A stretch of DNA of 64,000 nucleotides from the human T2T-CHM13v2.0 reference genome, Homo sapiens: assembly GCF_009914755.1 (NCBI RefSeq), contig NC_060934.1; one strand, given 5' to 3'. A model generated the notes under the pieces. It saw only the letters and a list, made by a program, of their open reading frames with translations. It did not search any database and was not told where the DNA came from. Shown in pieces: positions 51,240 through 64,000 of the stretch. The translations under genes were made by a program, and so were the position numbers. Positions within the stretch are counted from its first letter, which is position 1; the number at the start of each line of letters is the position of its first letter.

Positions 51240-52056
51240 GGTGGCATCCACCCTGTTATCCCCCTTGTTGATTGGATCAACCAGTCATTTAAATAGGATT
51301 TTAAACTCATTTTTGTTCAAAGTGATTTTTTTTTTTCTGTAGAGACAGCCTAGGGGATGGCAAGCCTTCTAGTAGCTATTTTGTACAGTCATGTGGCTTA
51401 AAATAAGTTGCAAAAGACAAGGAGATTTAAGACATCAATAATTTTTTTCTGAAACTATTTTAAAGTTGTTCCTTCCATCATATTTAAAAAGTTTAGCATC
51501 GACATTCTCAAAGCTGGAATAATGTGCAAAGTGAATACCATGTGCTAAAGCTCACTGAGGTTCGATCGTAAGATCAGTTGAAATAGAAAGTAGCTCTGAA
51601 ACAGTTCTGGAATCCTTAACCCAGGGAACCAACTGGAACTAAAGGAAATGAAATGGAACTAAAAGGGATGAAACTGAATAGGAGGAAGGCCAGTGCCTGG
51701 GAGCTCATCTGCATTCTCTGGTGGGAGAAGCAAGCTTTGCCAACTTCCCAACTGTAGAGGAGATAAAAGAGTTTATGGACCAAAGCAAAATGAAGGCTTA
51801 TCCAGATAATTTAGGCCAACAGCACACCCCCACCTGAATTCACCAGTGAACTGCAGACAAAGTGTGTCTGACGGCTTGTGTTATCTGGATGGCTGTCTTG
51901 TTCTTCCACTGTCCTTTGAGTATGTCTGCCCTTTTGCATTCTGATTTCCTTTTATTGTCCACATTGTTTTAATCCAGGTTGCTGTTCTATGAGATTTTCG
52001 TGGTAGGGTGCTTGGGTAAGTTCTGGAAGCAAACTTTTGGCCTGAAGAGTACAAAG

Positions 52057-52440
52057 CATTTATTTATTTATTTATTATGTATTTATTATTCAATTGTTAA
52101 GTGCTAGAGACTTTGCTAGGCTTTAAGGATGCAACAGAACCAAAAGAGACAAAATAGCTAGTCTTGCAGCTTAAGTCTGGTGGGGAAAAAGGTTTATAAC
52201 AAAGTAGGTATAATAATGTGAGAAGTGCTGTGATTGGGGAAGTACAAGGAATTGTTGGAGAATGTAGGATGAGCACCTAACAATGACTTGGTTTAAGTGG
52301 CCAAGAAGCACATCACAAAGGAAGTGGTTCCTAAGATGAAAGACAAAGAACAAGTAGCAGGTAATGTGAAGAGGTAAAGGAGAGAGTATTATGAAGCCTA
52401 GCCTGAGAGGGTATTGGGGAACTGCAATATTGATATGGCC
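52057..52440 (-). mobile_element. L2 3' region with (TTTA)n tail
   Basis: tttatttatttatttatt...gtgctagagactttgctaggc...ggaagtggttcctaagatg. Confidence 0.7.
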
Positions 52441-52907
52441 AAATGCTTGAATGAGCATCAAGTTGTCAGTGGAAACACAGTACCACTGACTGGAAGAATG
52501 GTAAACACCAAAACCATGGCCAAATCATGGACATGACCTGCTTGTTAATTCCATCCCAGAATCATGGTTAATTTCAGGTAGTGCGCTGATTGATGCTTTT
52601 GACAGTTGCACTCTGTGGCCAGAGAAGATGCAGTAGGAACATGTTAGTAGATTGTTAGTTTTCTGAATGAGGATCATCAAGTCAACGTAAGTACACATCC
52701 CTGAAGGTTAAGGCAGACCCTGTAGCACCCTCCTCCTACTTCTCTCCAATTAATATTCAAAAGTAGGGTGAGGCCCAGAATTCAAAGAAATATGACTGTC
52801 ATGAAGTGGGACTCCAAGAGATTTAAATTTTAAAATTCCTTGTAAAAAATGTAGGCTACTGACCAGAAGCACAGGTTCCCGGTGTGAAGCACAGGTGAAA
52901 AGACCCC

Positions 52908-53495
52908 TGCATTAGTTACTGGTCCTGTATAGCAAATCATCTCAAAACTCAGTAGCTTAAAACAGCAAACATATATTATCTTACAGTTTCTATGGGTCAG
53001 GAATCTGGCTGCAGCTTAGCTAGACATCTCTGGGATTGTGGCCTCTCATGAAGTTGGAGTCAAAGTGTCAGCCAGGGCTGCACTCTCATCTGAAGGGCTG
53101 ACTGGGGAGGATCTGCTTCTAAGCTCACTCATGGGGTTGTCGACTGGATTCAGTTTCTCCTGGCCCTTGGATTGAATGCCTCCATTTCTTGCTGGGTATC
53201 AGACAGAAGCCTCTCTCAGTTTTAGCCACGTGGATCTCTCCATAGGGCACCTGATAACCTGGCAACTGGCTTCTCTTAGGGCTAGCTTTGCAGTGACAAA
53301 AAGCACCCAAGATGGAAGCCACGGTCTTTTTATAACTGCATTTTAAGAGTGAAATCTCGTCACTTCTGCTCTATTCTATTTGTTAGGGACAAGTCAGTAA
53401 ATTCAGTCCACACTCAAGAAGAGAGATTTACACAAAGGGCATGAATACCAGGAGGCTGGGATCATTGGACGCCATCTTAGAGGTTGCCTATGACA
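52908..53495 (-). mobile_element. MLT1F-like solo LTR
   Basis: ctcaaaactcagtagcttaaaacagcaaac...tatgggtcaggaatctgg...catgaataccaggaggctgggatcattggacgccatcttagagg. Confidence 0.88.
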
Positions 53496-53799
53496 TTCTC
53501 CAAACAAAGCAATGATTGTGTATGTTCTTCCTTTTGAATATGCCAGAGTGTTTTATCCTAAATGGGTCTCAGGATTAGAGGGAACCAGAAAGGTCATCTA
53601 ATTCAATTCACATTTAATAATATGTCCCATACTCTCTGTGCCACCTCAGCTTGAAGGCCTCCATAGAGTTCTCCCTGGTTAGGAAAGTCTTCCTTGTTGC
53701 AAGCTGAAATGTGGCCAAAGGGCCCTGTGCTTTGCTTGATCAAAAATTTCCATATCCCTCCCCTTTCTCCCAAAGACAATGAGGTATTTAACTAGAAAC

Positions 53800-54090
53800 A
53801 CATTTTGTTTCTTTGTTCATATGTCTACTTTCTCTTTTTGCTTCTCCTTCTACTAATTTTAGGAGATTGATTTTCTATCCTATCCTGATACAGTCTCTTA
53901 TTAGTTCTAATTGTTTGTGGATTCTTTTGGAGTTTTTAATGTGGGCAATCATAAAATCATAACATCTGGAAATTACAATTTGTCTCTTCTATTCCATTCC
54001 ATGGACCTCACTTCTTTTTCTTGTCTTTGGCATAAGCCAGGATCTCCAGAGCTGTGTTGAGTAGAAGTGGACATCTTTGTCTACTTTGTA
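53800..54090 (-). mobile_element. Old L1M ORF2 fragment
   Basis: tctcttattagttctaattgtttgtggattc...ggatctccagagctgtgttgagtagaagtggacatc. Confidence 0.6.
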
Positions 54091-54191
54091 ACTTTCCTCT
54101 AACTTCTTACCGTCTTAGTAACAGACTCTTTGCTCATGAAAGACCCAACTATCACTTCCTTTAGGATTGCTAATGAAAGGAATCAAGAAAT

Positions 54192-54560
54192 TTTTTAGCC
54201 CGTTCAGGCTGCTATAACAAAATACCACAAACTGGGTAGATTTTAAACAACAGAAATTTATTTGTCAGAGTTCTGGAGGCTAGAAAATCCAGGATAAAGG
54301 TGTTGGCAGATTCAGTATCTGGTGAGGACCTGTGTTCTGGGTCAGAGATGACACCTAGCTGTGACTTCACGTGGTGGAAGGGGCAAAGGGCCTCACTCCA
54401 GCCTCTTTTATAAGGGTGCTAATCCCATTCATGAGGGCTCCACCCTCATGACCTAATCACCTCCCCAAGGCCCTGCCTCCTAACACCATCACATTGTGGG
54501 TTAGTATTTCAATATATAAATTTGTGGGAGATGGGGAACATAAATATTCAGTCCATTGTA
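54192..54560 (-). mobile_element. MLT1A0-like solo LTR
   Basis: ttcaggctgctataacaaaataccacaaactggg...aatcccattcatgagggctccaccctcatgacctaatcacctccc...cagtccattg. Confidence 0.92.
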
Positions 54561-55384
54561 AAAAGGCTGGAAACTTAGTCGTGTTTTGTTTTTTTTGGAC
54601 ACCCATGGAACATGGAACATTATCTTCATTCAATTCAAGCTTGAGCTCCTTTTCTATGCCATGTGCTGTCCAGGTGCCGGGTTGGGGGCTCTTGAAAAAG
54701 AGTTCGCAGTCTTCCCAGGAGAGGTGATGACACAACCTCATCATCTTCATTATCGCAGGAAGCGTGGGCAAGACCCAGGGGCGTAGGAAGGTGGGAGAAG
54801 CTATGTCTTCAAGGAGAGTCAGAGAAAGCTTCCCAAGAAGGTGCCCTTTGAGGTGGCTCCTGCAGCGGGAGGTGGAAGCCTTGATTCTCTTTCAGGGGTT
54901 CTTTGGCTGATCAGCTCTTTTTTCCTCGCCCACTTGGAATTGCTACTGCATCCAGTGTGACTTAGGTCTATGAAGTCCTGCAAAAAAAAAACCACAAGCC
55001 AATCCAGGTCTCCTTTCCTTTTCTTTCTTTCTTGTGTGTGCATGTGTATGTGTGTGCGTGTGTGTGTGATAAAATGAGGTGGGAAGTGTGGACACATATG
55101 AAACCTCATTAAATGGTGGGTATCGAATGGAGAAACATCTCCTTTTCATTTATATTTAATATGTCCATGGGCTATTGTCACACAAGATCTTCCAGTCGAA
55201 CCTTCTGGATAAGTTAAGTCTTGGGCAAAGTTGATTTGACTTTTTTCACACAGCCAGTAAAAAGCTTAACACAAAGGTATGTGGGAAGAAAGAGACATGA
55301 GATGTGGTGCTGGTGGATCTCATCCCAAGATGGGCACCCAGTCATCCTCTATTTTCTTTATATTGCCTCAGAGCAAATGGTAGC

Positions 55385-55545
55385 AACTGATGTTTATTAA
55401 ACACTTACTTGGTGCCAGATGCTGTCCTACACGTTTTATATGTGTTACTCATTCTTCAAATAACCCTTTGAGGTAGGTGCTATTATCAGCTCCATTGTGA
55501 AGTTAAGGATGAGGGAAGGGGAGGGGGTTTGAACCCAGGTGCCGT
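55385..55545 (-). mobile_element. MIR
   Basis: tttattaaacacttacttggtgccagatgctg...aaccctttgaggtagg. Confidence 0.75.
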
Positions 55546-58500
55546 AATTCCAAAAAGGTAGGTGCCCCAAGTACTGCACCAGAACACTGTTGGATAGGCC
55601 ACAATGCCTGTGGCTGGTTTCATGGGCTTTTGATGGGCTTGCCAAGATCTTGTTTCCCCAGTGGGATGTTGGCATGCCACACCTGCAGACTATGAATTGT
55701 GTGTAGCTCCCATGTTCCCCTGAGGCTACGCTTATGTGACTATCTAGGTAGAGTTGACTCAACTTGGTCTTTCCTCCATCTACTGAAGAGCACAGGAAGT
55801 TTCTCCCTCTGACTGTGGTTCTTTCTGAAACCGTCCTTGGCTCTCATGCAAAACCAAGAAAAAGAAATTCATTTTCATTATTGGGAAGAGAGTCATCCAC
55901 TCTCACCTCCTTCCCAGGGAGTCCTTGTAAAAGTCATCCACCCTCACTGGACAGGGCAGAAATGGCTCCTCTCCTCCATCTCTGCTGGAGTTTTTCCTGC
56001 CCTCTTCTCCATTGGGCCACGCTGAGTATCTGGACCCTACCTGACATGCAGAGTAGAGTAGTCCCCTAGGATTTTCATCTGACCTTCCCCAGAGGTGCTG
56101 TTCCTCCCTCTGCTCCATCTCCAATCACACATATCAGGCCTGCCTGGCCCATGTCCTCCCAGTCCCCAGAGCACGCCCCTCGGGATGGGCAGGCCTGGAG
56201 GGCTGCACTCCCTCCTCTTTACAATGCAAAATTAACATTTGCCTTTTAAGCCACGAGAACTTTCTTCCCAGGTTTACTTTTGAATGAAATGTAGTTAGGG
56301 CTTAATTATTTGCCCATTTCACATCACTGATCCTGCTTTACAACTGCTACAGCAACCAGAAAGGTGGGCTGGAGTTGGGAGTGAGATGAGATTGTACAAT
56401 TTGGAAAGAGTTCCGATATGTTTAGAAACCACTGACAGAGAACAACTGTTTCTACCCAGGAAATTCAACTCTCTGCCAGGAAAGTAGAACAGAACAGTGG
56501 ATATATGGAAGGGAGAGTGAGATAAAGCAAGGAGGACTGCAATTAACATTCAAATGAACGTTGGACGAAGCCATACTGAAAACTTTGGCATCTGGTAGAT
56601 TTCAAGCTCAAAGATTAAAATCTCTAAGTTAGGAGAGCAATTTCTGGTTTTCCAACGAGTACCTCTAGGTAATAATTTTCAGGGAAAGGTAGCTTATAAC
56701 ACTGAACGTAATATTAACATCGCAGGCTGCTTGCCCAAACTTATTTTATTTTCATTTGCATTATTGGCTTGAAAACTCCCCTGAGTCCCTGATCCATATC
56801 ATGTTGGCACATGTTCTCGCAGAAACTGAAATGCTGAGCCAGCATTTTACTCTCACTGTTTTACTTGACTTGGGAGAGGCCCAAGGAAATCTAGATTGCT
56901 ACAGGAAGAGTGATAAAACTCTCAGCCCTACTACTCAACAGATTATGCCCCCAGGGGGCATGTGGTGGGCTGGATACTTTTCAGCTGAAACCCAAGAGCA
57001 ATGTTTGTTCAAAAGTCTCCATGATATATCTATATTTATTTATGTTTTGCAAGAGAATTGCGGGGAGGAGTCAGTTATAATCATGTACCAATTTGGATAA
57101 TTGCTGATGGGGTCCCTCTACTAGTGATAGAGATATCTATGGGTATAATATTTTTCAACCACATTTACAGTTGTGATTTATTTTCATTCTCACCAGATGG
57201 TAAACCAGGTAAGCAATCTTGCATGCCTATTTCACGCAGGTGGAAACCAAGGGACTTGCCCTTAAGTGGCAGAACTAGATGGGGAAGGACAAGACAGGGT
57301 TCTGAACTCTCTGACCTTCACTTCTATATTCAATTCTACTTCCTTCTTACTCTGAATATCCTATACCAGGAAAGAAAAAGCCATCTGTGTGATCTCCCAA
57401 GGAAAGATCCCAATCAGTATCAGCCGTTCTAGTCTATTGCCCTCCAACAAGGCTGGAACGTATGAGAAAAGCTTCCCTCTCTGAATTCACTCCAGCCCAG
57501 AAGGGCGCCTTAGAGCCTCCTGAGAGGCAGCCACCATGTACTGCTTTACAACAGAACATGGCCAAGGAGTGTCCACCGGACCCCAGAATCCTCTAGGCAG
57601 ACCCAACCTCTAGCTCATTCCTCACTGCAGGAGACATTTAATTTCTGGTTACATGCAGGACCTTGAATTATTATTATTTTTTTAATGGGAAATTATCTTC
57701 TTCCTCCATCTGCCATGATGTGAAATTTTGGCAAGAGTGTAAGGTCTGGTACCCACTTTCCACATGGAACCTGAGGGGTTGGGCTCCTTCCTCTGGCTAC
57801 TCTTTCATGCAAGCAGGCCAGGCAGAAGGGTGATCAGTTTCTCTCTCCTGGTGCCTTGAATCTCGACTGCACCAGCCTGTGTTATCTACTGTGTTTCCTG
57901 CTTCCCGCTTCAGGCTTCCTACTTCCTAATCCTCTGGCTGGCTTCATGGAAGAGGGAGGTGGTGTTGGAACCTGGAGGATGGAAGGCTTTCTGGGTGGTT
58001 GGAATGGCCTGAATAGAGGTATGGAGTTGGTTCGGAGTACCATCTATGTATTGGAAAGGAGTAGGAGATAAAGTTGATGCATCAGATTGGTATCTGTGTT
58101 TGAAAGGTCTCAAATGGAAAGTCAAGGGTTTGGAAAGAACAGCACGGGGAGGATGAGCACCTGCACAGTCAACCCTGTAGGGGACGACTGTATCCTATTC
58201 CATTCCTCTCGCCCCCTGAGACACTTCCCAGCACACTTTCCTCCTTGGTGAGCTCTGAGAACCAGGTTGAGGCTCCTTAGATGACCACTGCATTTCTGGT
58301 TAAAAGAATAGACTAGACCTTCCCATTTCCACAATGAGAGGCCAGGGAAAGCTTTGCAATTACTGTTGAATATGGTCACCCGATGAGCTCTCTACATTAG
58401 CACTATCTATTCTCTTTCCACCCTCAAAAGCTGGTGACCAGCTCCTGCTAATTCTACCCTGCAAATATTGCTCATAATTGTTATCCCTCCCTAAGGCATG

Positions 58501-59209
58501 AACTCGATCAGCCCTCATCATATCGTTCTTGGAGTGGTGTCCTAGGCATCTAATTGACTTTCTGGTGACAGCTGTACTGCGTCTCCCATAATGTACTCAA
58601 GATCCATCCATTGCAATCCACCACAGAGATTGCTCTAGACCTCAATCCCATGACACATGCAATATCCTTCATGTCTGACCACTGTGTTTGAGATAAATCT
58701 GGCCTCCTGAATTTGGCATGGAAAACCTGTTGTGATTTCATGACCTGAGATCACTCCTGTTTCCCTATTCTTTCTTCTTCACAATGTCTCCCTGTCTTCT
58801 ATGCTCTCTGCCTTTGCAGTTGCACGTTTCCATGATTTCACACGTTGTTTATTCTCCCTGTAATGCCCCCTTTCAGTCTTAGGTTATACCTAAAAACATG
58901 GTCTTATCTTGCCAGACTCTGGTTAAATGTCATGGTGGGCACAATGCTTAGCATATAATCGTTGCTCATTGTCTAATTGGATCTCTGCAAAACCTTTCTG
59001 ACCTCCCTTTGTCCCCAGTAACTCCTTTCTTTGGGTTTCTGGAGTTCTTTGCATGGATATGCCCCTACTATAGCATGTCTTATATTGTCTTATAACCTCC
59101 GATTCCCTCATTACACAGTAGGTTACCTGAATGTATAGGTGTAGTGTGTGTGCGTGCATGCATGTATGCACATGTGTGTGTGTGTGCATACATCCCCCCG
59201 CCCCCCACC

Positions 59210-59604
59210 TTGCATCCCTTCCTCTGTCCTAATAGCATTTTCTTCCAGGAATTCTCACTCCTTCTGAAGAACCCTCTGCAGGCATTTTATCTTACTGCCC
59301 AGTAGAGCCAAGCAATGGTGGACCTAAGTTTGGCTAGCTGGGCCCTCGCCTCTGAATCCTGACTGAATGGCAGAATGAACAAATGGTTGGTGCTCCTTCT
59401 TTACAGTAGCAATGCCCAGATGAGAAGATCAAGGGGTTCCTGCCACAGAGACCTTATATCTGGTTCCTATCCATCCCTAGCTGGGTTCTGTGGCTTTCCT
59501 CTCCCCCACTGTGTACCTCAAATCCTTCCAGTAGATTCATTTTTTTTGTTGCTAAGTTCATCAGTGTTCGTTTCTGTTGCTTGCAACCAAAACGGCTACT
59601 AATG
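59210..59604 (+). mobile_element. LTR33-like ERVL LTR
   Basis: 3' end aatccttccagtagattc...gctaagttc...gtttctgttgcttgcaaccaaaa. Confidence 0.65.
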
Positions 59605-59939
59605 TGATGGGATGAAGAAGTTAGGGTATCTTCTCTGAGATTCTGAATCTCTGTGATTGCTGGTAATGCAAGGATAGGAAAATTCTTTCTTTCTTGAACA
59701 AGAAACAGAAATCCATTCTAACTGGCTCAAGGAAATGGTGGTGGGGTGGAGGGGGTGTAAAGATACAGAGTCTTCATGGGAATCTAGAAAAAGTTGAACT
59801 ATTAGGTTTGAAGTAGGAAAGGAATGAAGGGCCTCCTCTCTCTCTCTCCACTCCTGCTTCCCATTCTTTTCTGTGCCATTACTGATGTTCTGTTCTATTA
59901 TCTCTCTCTCTATTGGAGATTCTGTTTCATGCAAGCCCA

Positions 59940-60352
59940 TGTAGAGGTGCTGTCAGTGCCTTGCACAAATGCCGTCAACACTCATCACTTCTGGGCACAA
60001 TAGTTCATGGCTTAACTGCCAATACTTGTGACTCTTTGCTGAGGGCTTTCTTACAGGGCAGGCCAGTAGTGCTAGGGAACTAACACCCCTTCAAGCAGTT
60101 CTCGACCAACAACTGATAGCAGTTAAAGGATAAATACCCCAACTCCCTCACCCCTTGGCCAAGATAACTCTGAAGCACATGTTCTGCTTTGACTCTCAGA
60201 GTTCCCCAGCAAGGCTACCCCACAGTGAAAATGTGTTTCATTGGCTCCTACCCTGTCCTGTCCCACTTTCCCATTTCCTAATCAGTATTTTCTGGGACCA
60301 CCTCCCAAATAGACTCAAGGTTCTACTTCCGTGGGAATACACTAAAATAGAC
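59940..60352 (+). mobile_element. LTR16A-like solo LTR, apparently inside an older MLT1 remnant
   Basis: ggataaataccccaactccctcaccccttgg...gataactctgaag...ctgggaccacctcccaaata. Confidence 0.8.
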
Positions 60353-61069
60353 CATTATGCCCCTAGCCTGGTATTGACATAACCATGCAACTCTAGCACC
60401 CATAGCTCACTAGCAGTTTCATTCTGTCTCACTTTGTTCATATCCCCAACAGAAAGATTGGCTAAGCACATCTCTTTAAGTCATGCTCAGAGGGGGCCAT
60501 GGATGGTCACCCCAGGTCAAATGACCACACCGGTCCATCTTAACCAAGAGGAGAGGGTCATAAGGACAGCTGCTCAGGTATGGGTAGGTAGGCACCTTGA
60601 GACTCAACTGGGCTACTCACCTTTCAGGGAACAATCACACAGGTGGTTGCATGGGAAACTCAAAAGGAAAGACTGTTTATTGGACATCAAATTATTATTT
60701 TCAAACAATACTTTGATAGTTTAAGTACAGAAGACTAAGAAACACATGGATTAAATTGCCATTGAAATACACACTCGCGTTTGAAAACCAGCAGAATATG
60801 TGCTTGGTAAGGGATTTTTTTCTCCTTTTCTTTTTGCCAAGCCACCAGATTATTTGGATAATAACTCAGGAATTTTTCACAGCTCTGGAGGTTTTACTCC
60901 TACACCCTCCATCCCTTTGCTTCAGTTTTCCCTCACACAGAGTTAATTAATAAAAGCAACATTTATCAAGGACATCAAGTCATTCTGTATGTGTGTCATA
61001 GGGTGTTGCGGGTGGCTGTGATAATCTGCAAGACGGATCCATTTCAGGGAGATCTGAAAGACTCTAACA

Positions 61070-61420
<351 letters not shown>

Positions 61421-62139
61421 AGAAATCAGTGGGTGATCCTACCCTCTCTGTGTGTAGAGATTCATGCAACCTCCCCATTGGAAAGGGATTCTAGTACCAC
61501 CCCTTCATTTTACAAAGGAGAACACTGAGGCCCAGAGAGTTCAAGCTAGATTATTTTACTTGGGAGCCTGGTTTAGACAGACAAGTTGTTAGTCAGGAGG
61601 ATTCATCTGGTTGCTTCTCCAGGTGTTAAATGTTTGACAGATGCAAAGGAGAATCCACCGGTTATAGCTGTAACATCCAGCACTCAGGCCTAACCCTGCA
61701 CACTCAGATGGAATTATTTCTGTAGGACTTGTGATCATAAGGACAAGATTTGTTTATCACCACACTGGTGAGAATATTGGGGGTTCCAGATGTGGCTCTC
61801 TACCAAAGGGCCACTGGATGGCCCACCAGCCCCCAAATATCTCTCCCAACTCCTGACTTGTGCTCCAATATTTCCAACAACAGTCCTTCCTTTGTGGTAC
61901 TTCATGGTACTATGTGGTGTCTCCAGGTAGCCCAAGACCTAGTGAAAATGTGTTGCAAAGGAAGGAGAAGAGTGTAAACTCTTAAAGTGAATCAACTTGG
62001 TGGATTTACTAGCCTAAGAGCTGACAGTCCAGTGGGAGAGAGATGTACTTTTTTTTCCCGGCCAAGAAGGTAGGATGAGAAGACCACTGACTTGACTGCT
62101 ATCACCTGGCCAGAACCAGAGCCACACAGAGACATGTCA

Positions 62140-62600
62140 TCATCAAGGTTCTGCTGGTGGAAAGGAAGAGAAACCCATTCAAACTAACTTAAGCCAAAAA
62201 TGGAGGCCTTTTCTAAGGACTTGGGGGTTTCTTATGCAACCCAAGGGAAGGAAGTGCTGCTGAGCCCCCAGAACCAGAAAGACATCAGGTACTAGGGTGG
62301 CCCCTCTCTCCACCTTCCCCTGGCCCAGGCTGGCATGTCTCTTGCCCTTGCTTCTCTCTGGGGTTCTGCGACAAATTTGGCAGAAGTTGGTCACTCCATT
62401 GCATCCAGGATGATTCTAGTTTGAGAGCCTAATGATAGTCAATACATCCTAATTCCAAATTCCTGGGAGTGAAAATATAATTGATTCAGCTTGAGTTTCT
62501 GTAAACTCTTGATCCAATTCACTGCAGTCAGGATGGCTCAGCAGTGTAGATTGGCTCTGGTGGCTAGAAGGGATTGGTGTGACCTGAGAAGAAATCCCCA
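62140..62600 (-). mobile_element. MLT1K/L-like LTR remnant
   Basis: gaaacccattcaaactaacttaagccaaaaa...attgattcagcttgag. Confidence 0.55.
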
Positions 62601-62621
62601 AAGCTATGATACCTTGAAGAA

Positions 62622-63107
62622 TGTTGCAGAGACTGCTAGTTGTTCCCTGGTATCTCTTTTCCCTTCTTTGATAGCAATAGAACCCTTTGACTTTTAGCTA
62701 AATACATGGTCTCCCAAAATGATGACTGTATTTCCTAGCTCTCCTTGCAGTTAGGTAAGGCCCTGTGCCTTAGCCCTGGCTAATGGATTCACACATAAGT
62801 GGTAGGTACTACTTCTAGAGAGGGGTCCTTATGAGAGGGATCATACCGCCTCCCTCCCTTTGCTAGAATGTGAACACAGTATAGAGAGAGGAAGCAGCCA
62901 TCCTGAACCATGCAATGGAAGCCTTGAGTGGGGCATGGCAGAGCAAAAATACTGACAGAGTCTGAGATCCTGTGGATTGTGGGCCACTATTTCAGCCCTA
63001 AACTGCTCAAGCAGACTTCCCTGTGACCGAAAAATAAATGTCTGTCTTGTTTATGCCATTGTTATTTTGGGTTTTCTATTATTCTCAGCCAAACAAATCC
63101 TTTATAC
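62622..63107 (+). mobile_element. MLT1J-like solo LTR
   Basis: tgttgcagagactgctagttg...tatttcctagctctccttgcagttagg...aaataaatgtctgtcttgtttatgccattgttattttggg. Confidence 0.8.
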
Positions 63108-64000
63108 TAGGGGACATATGGAGAAGCAAACCTGGGGATACTCTCTCCTTTACCATTTTATGGCTATAGTGCATGGCTATAGTACACACATGCACGTGTG
63201 CATGTGTGCATATACACATACAAACACACCAGACACCATACAGCAAGGATGGAGGGAACATTTCTTTCACCTGCATGGCCCCTAAGCTACATCTTCTGTC
63301 TTACCTTTGCAATAAGGCCTATGGCTTTTGCATCTTCCTCCTTGTGGGTATTTGAAGGTCATTGAGATATTCAAGGGGAGATATTCAGGATTTCTGAGGG
63401 GGTGGTATTTCCTGCTAATGGACAGATTCTTTCTCCTGCTAATGACAGAAGAGCTTCTGGAGAGCATCGGGACCCTTTGTTCTTTGTTTTCAAGGAGACA
63501 AGTTATTATTTCTTTCCTCTGAAGAAGCTTCTCCTACCATGGGTGAAATATCACAAATAATTAGGCCAAATAGCAATGCAAGTCCCACTAGAAATAATGC
63601 ATCCATTATTTCATTTTATCCTTGTCGTTAGAGCTTCTGCCTGATTTAAGTTGGTATAAAGATAGCTGTGGGTATTCCCTGCCTGAGAACTCTAATCATT
63701 CTCTTTATTGAATATTTACCATTTCTTATTTGATTCTTCTTCTCTTGATCCATTGTTTCACAATTTAAAAGTTCTGCTGCTATTTTGATCTCATATAAAA
63801 TCTCTATAGTGCCACTAATGCCTTGTTGCTGGGCTTCCCTTAAGTCTTGGGGAGGCATCTGACAGCCAGATTGAAAGGCTCATGTGTTGTGGTGACTGGG
63901 TGCTTTTAATGGTGTTAATGAAGAAGTGGCTCCCTACAGAGTCACCCAGTGGTCTGAGTGAGTTAAACAAGCTACTTAGATACCCGGGACAGAGGACAAG

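Overview
This is primate (very probably human) non-coding euchromatin, not prokaryotic DNA. It contains seven Alu/FLAM SINEs (J, S and Y age classes), many MIR and L2 relics, L1 3' fragments, about 20 solo LTRs (THE1/MST/MLT1, MLT2, LTR16, LTR33-like), hAT MITEs (MER58B, MER81) and microsatellites. I found no credible protein-coding gene, tRNA, rRNA or CRISPR array; the listed ORFs are short and mostly lie in repeats. The best-supported non-routine items are two snRNA retrocopies, each nested in a MaLR LTR: a U7 copy with an intact Sm site (40702-40774) and a 35-nt 3'-truncated U2 copy with a target-site duplication (47318-47352). Several repeat-free blocks retain CpG and/or carry PBX-HOX, PBX-MEIS or MEIS-HOX9 composite motifs (about 37.7, 43.1, 45.0-45.7, 49.55 and 52.6 kb). 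This suggests, by inference only, a developmental-enhancer landscape in a gene desert or long intron. I cannot name the locus and see no evidence of a wholly new biological system. Repeat subfamily names are from recalled consensus sequences, and boundaries of old repeats are approximate.
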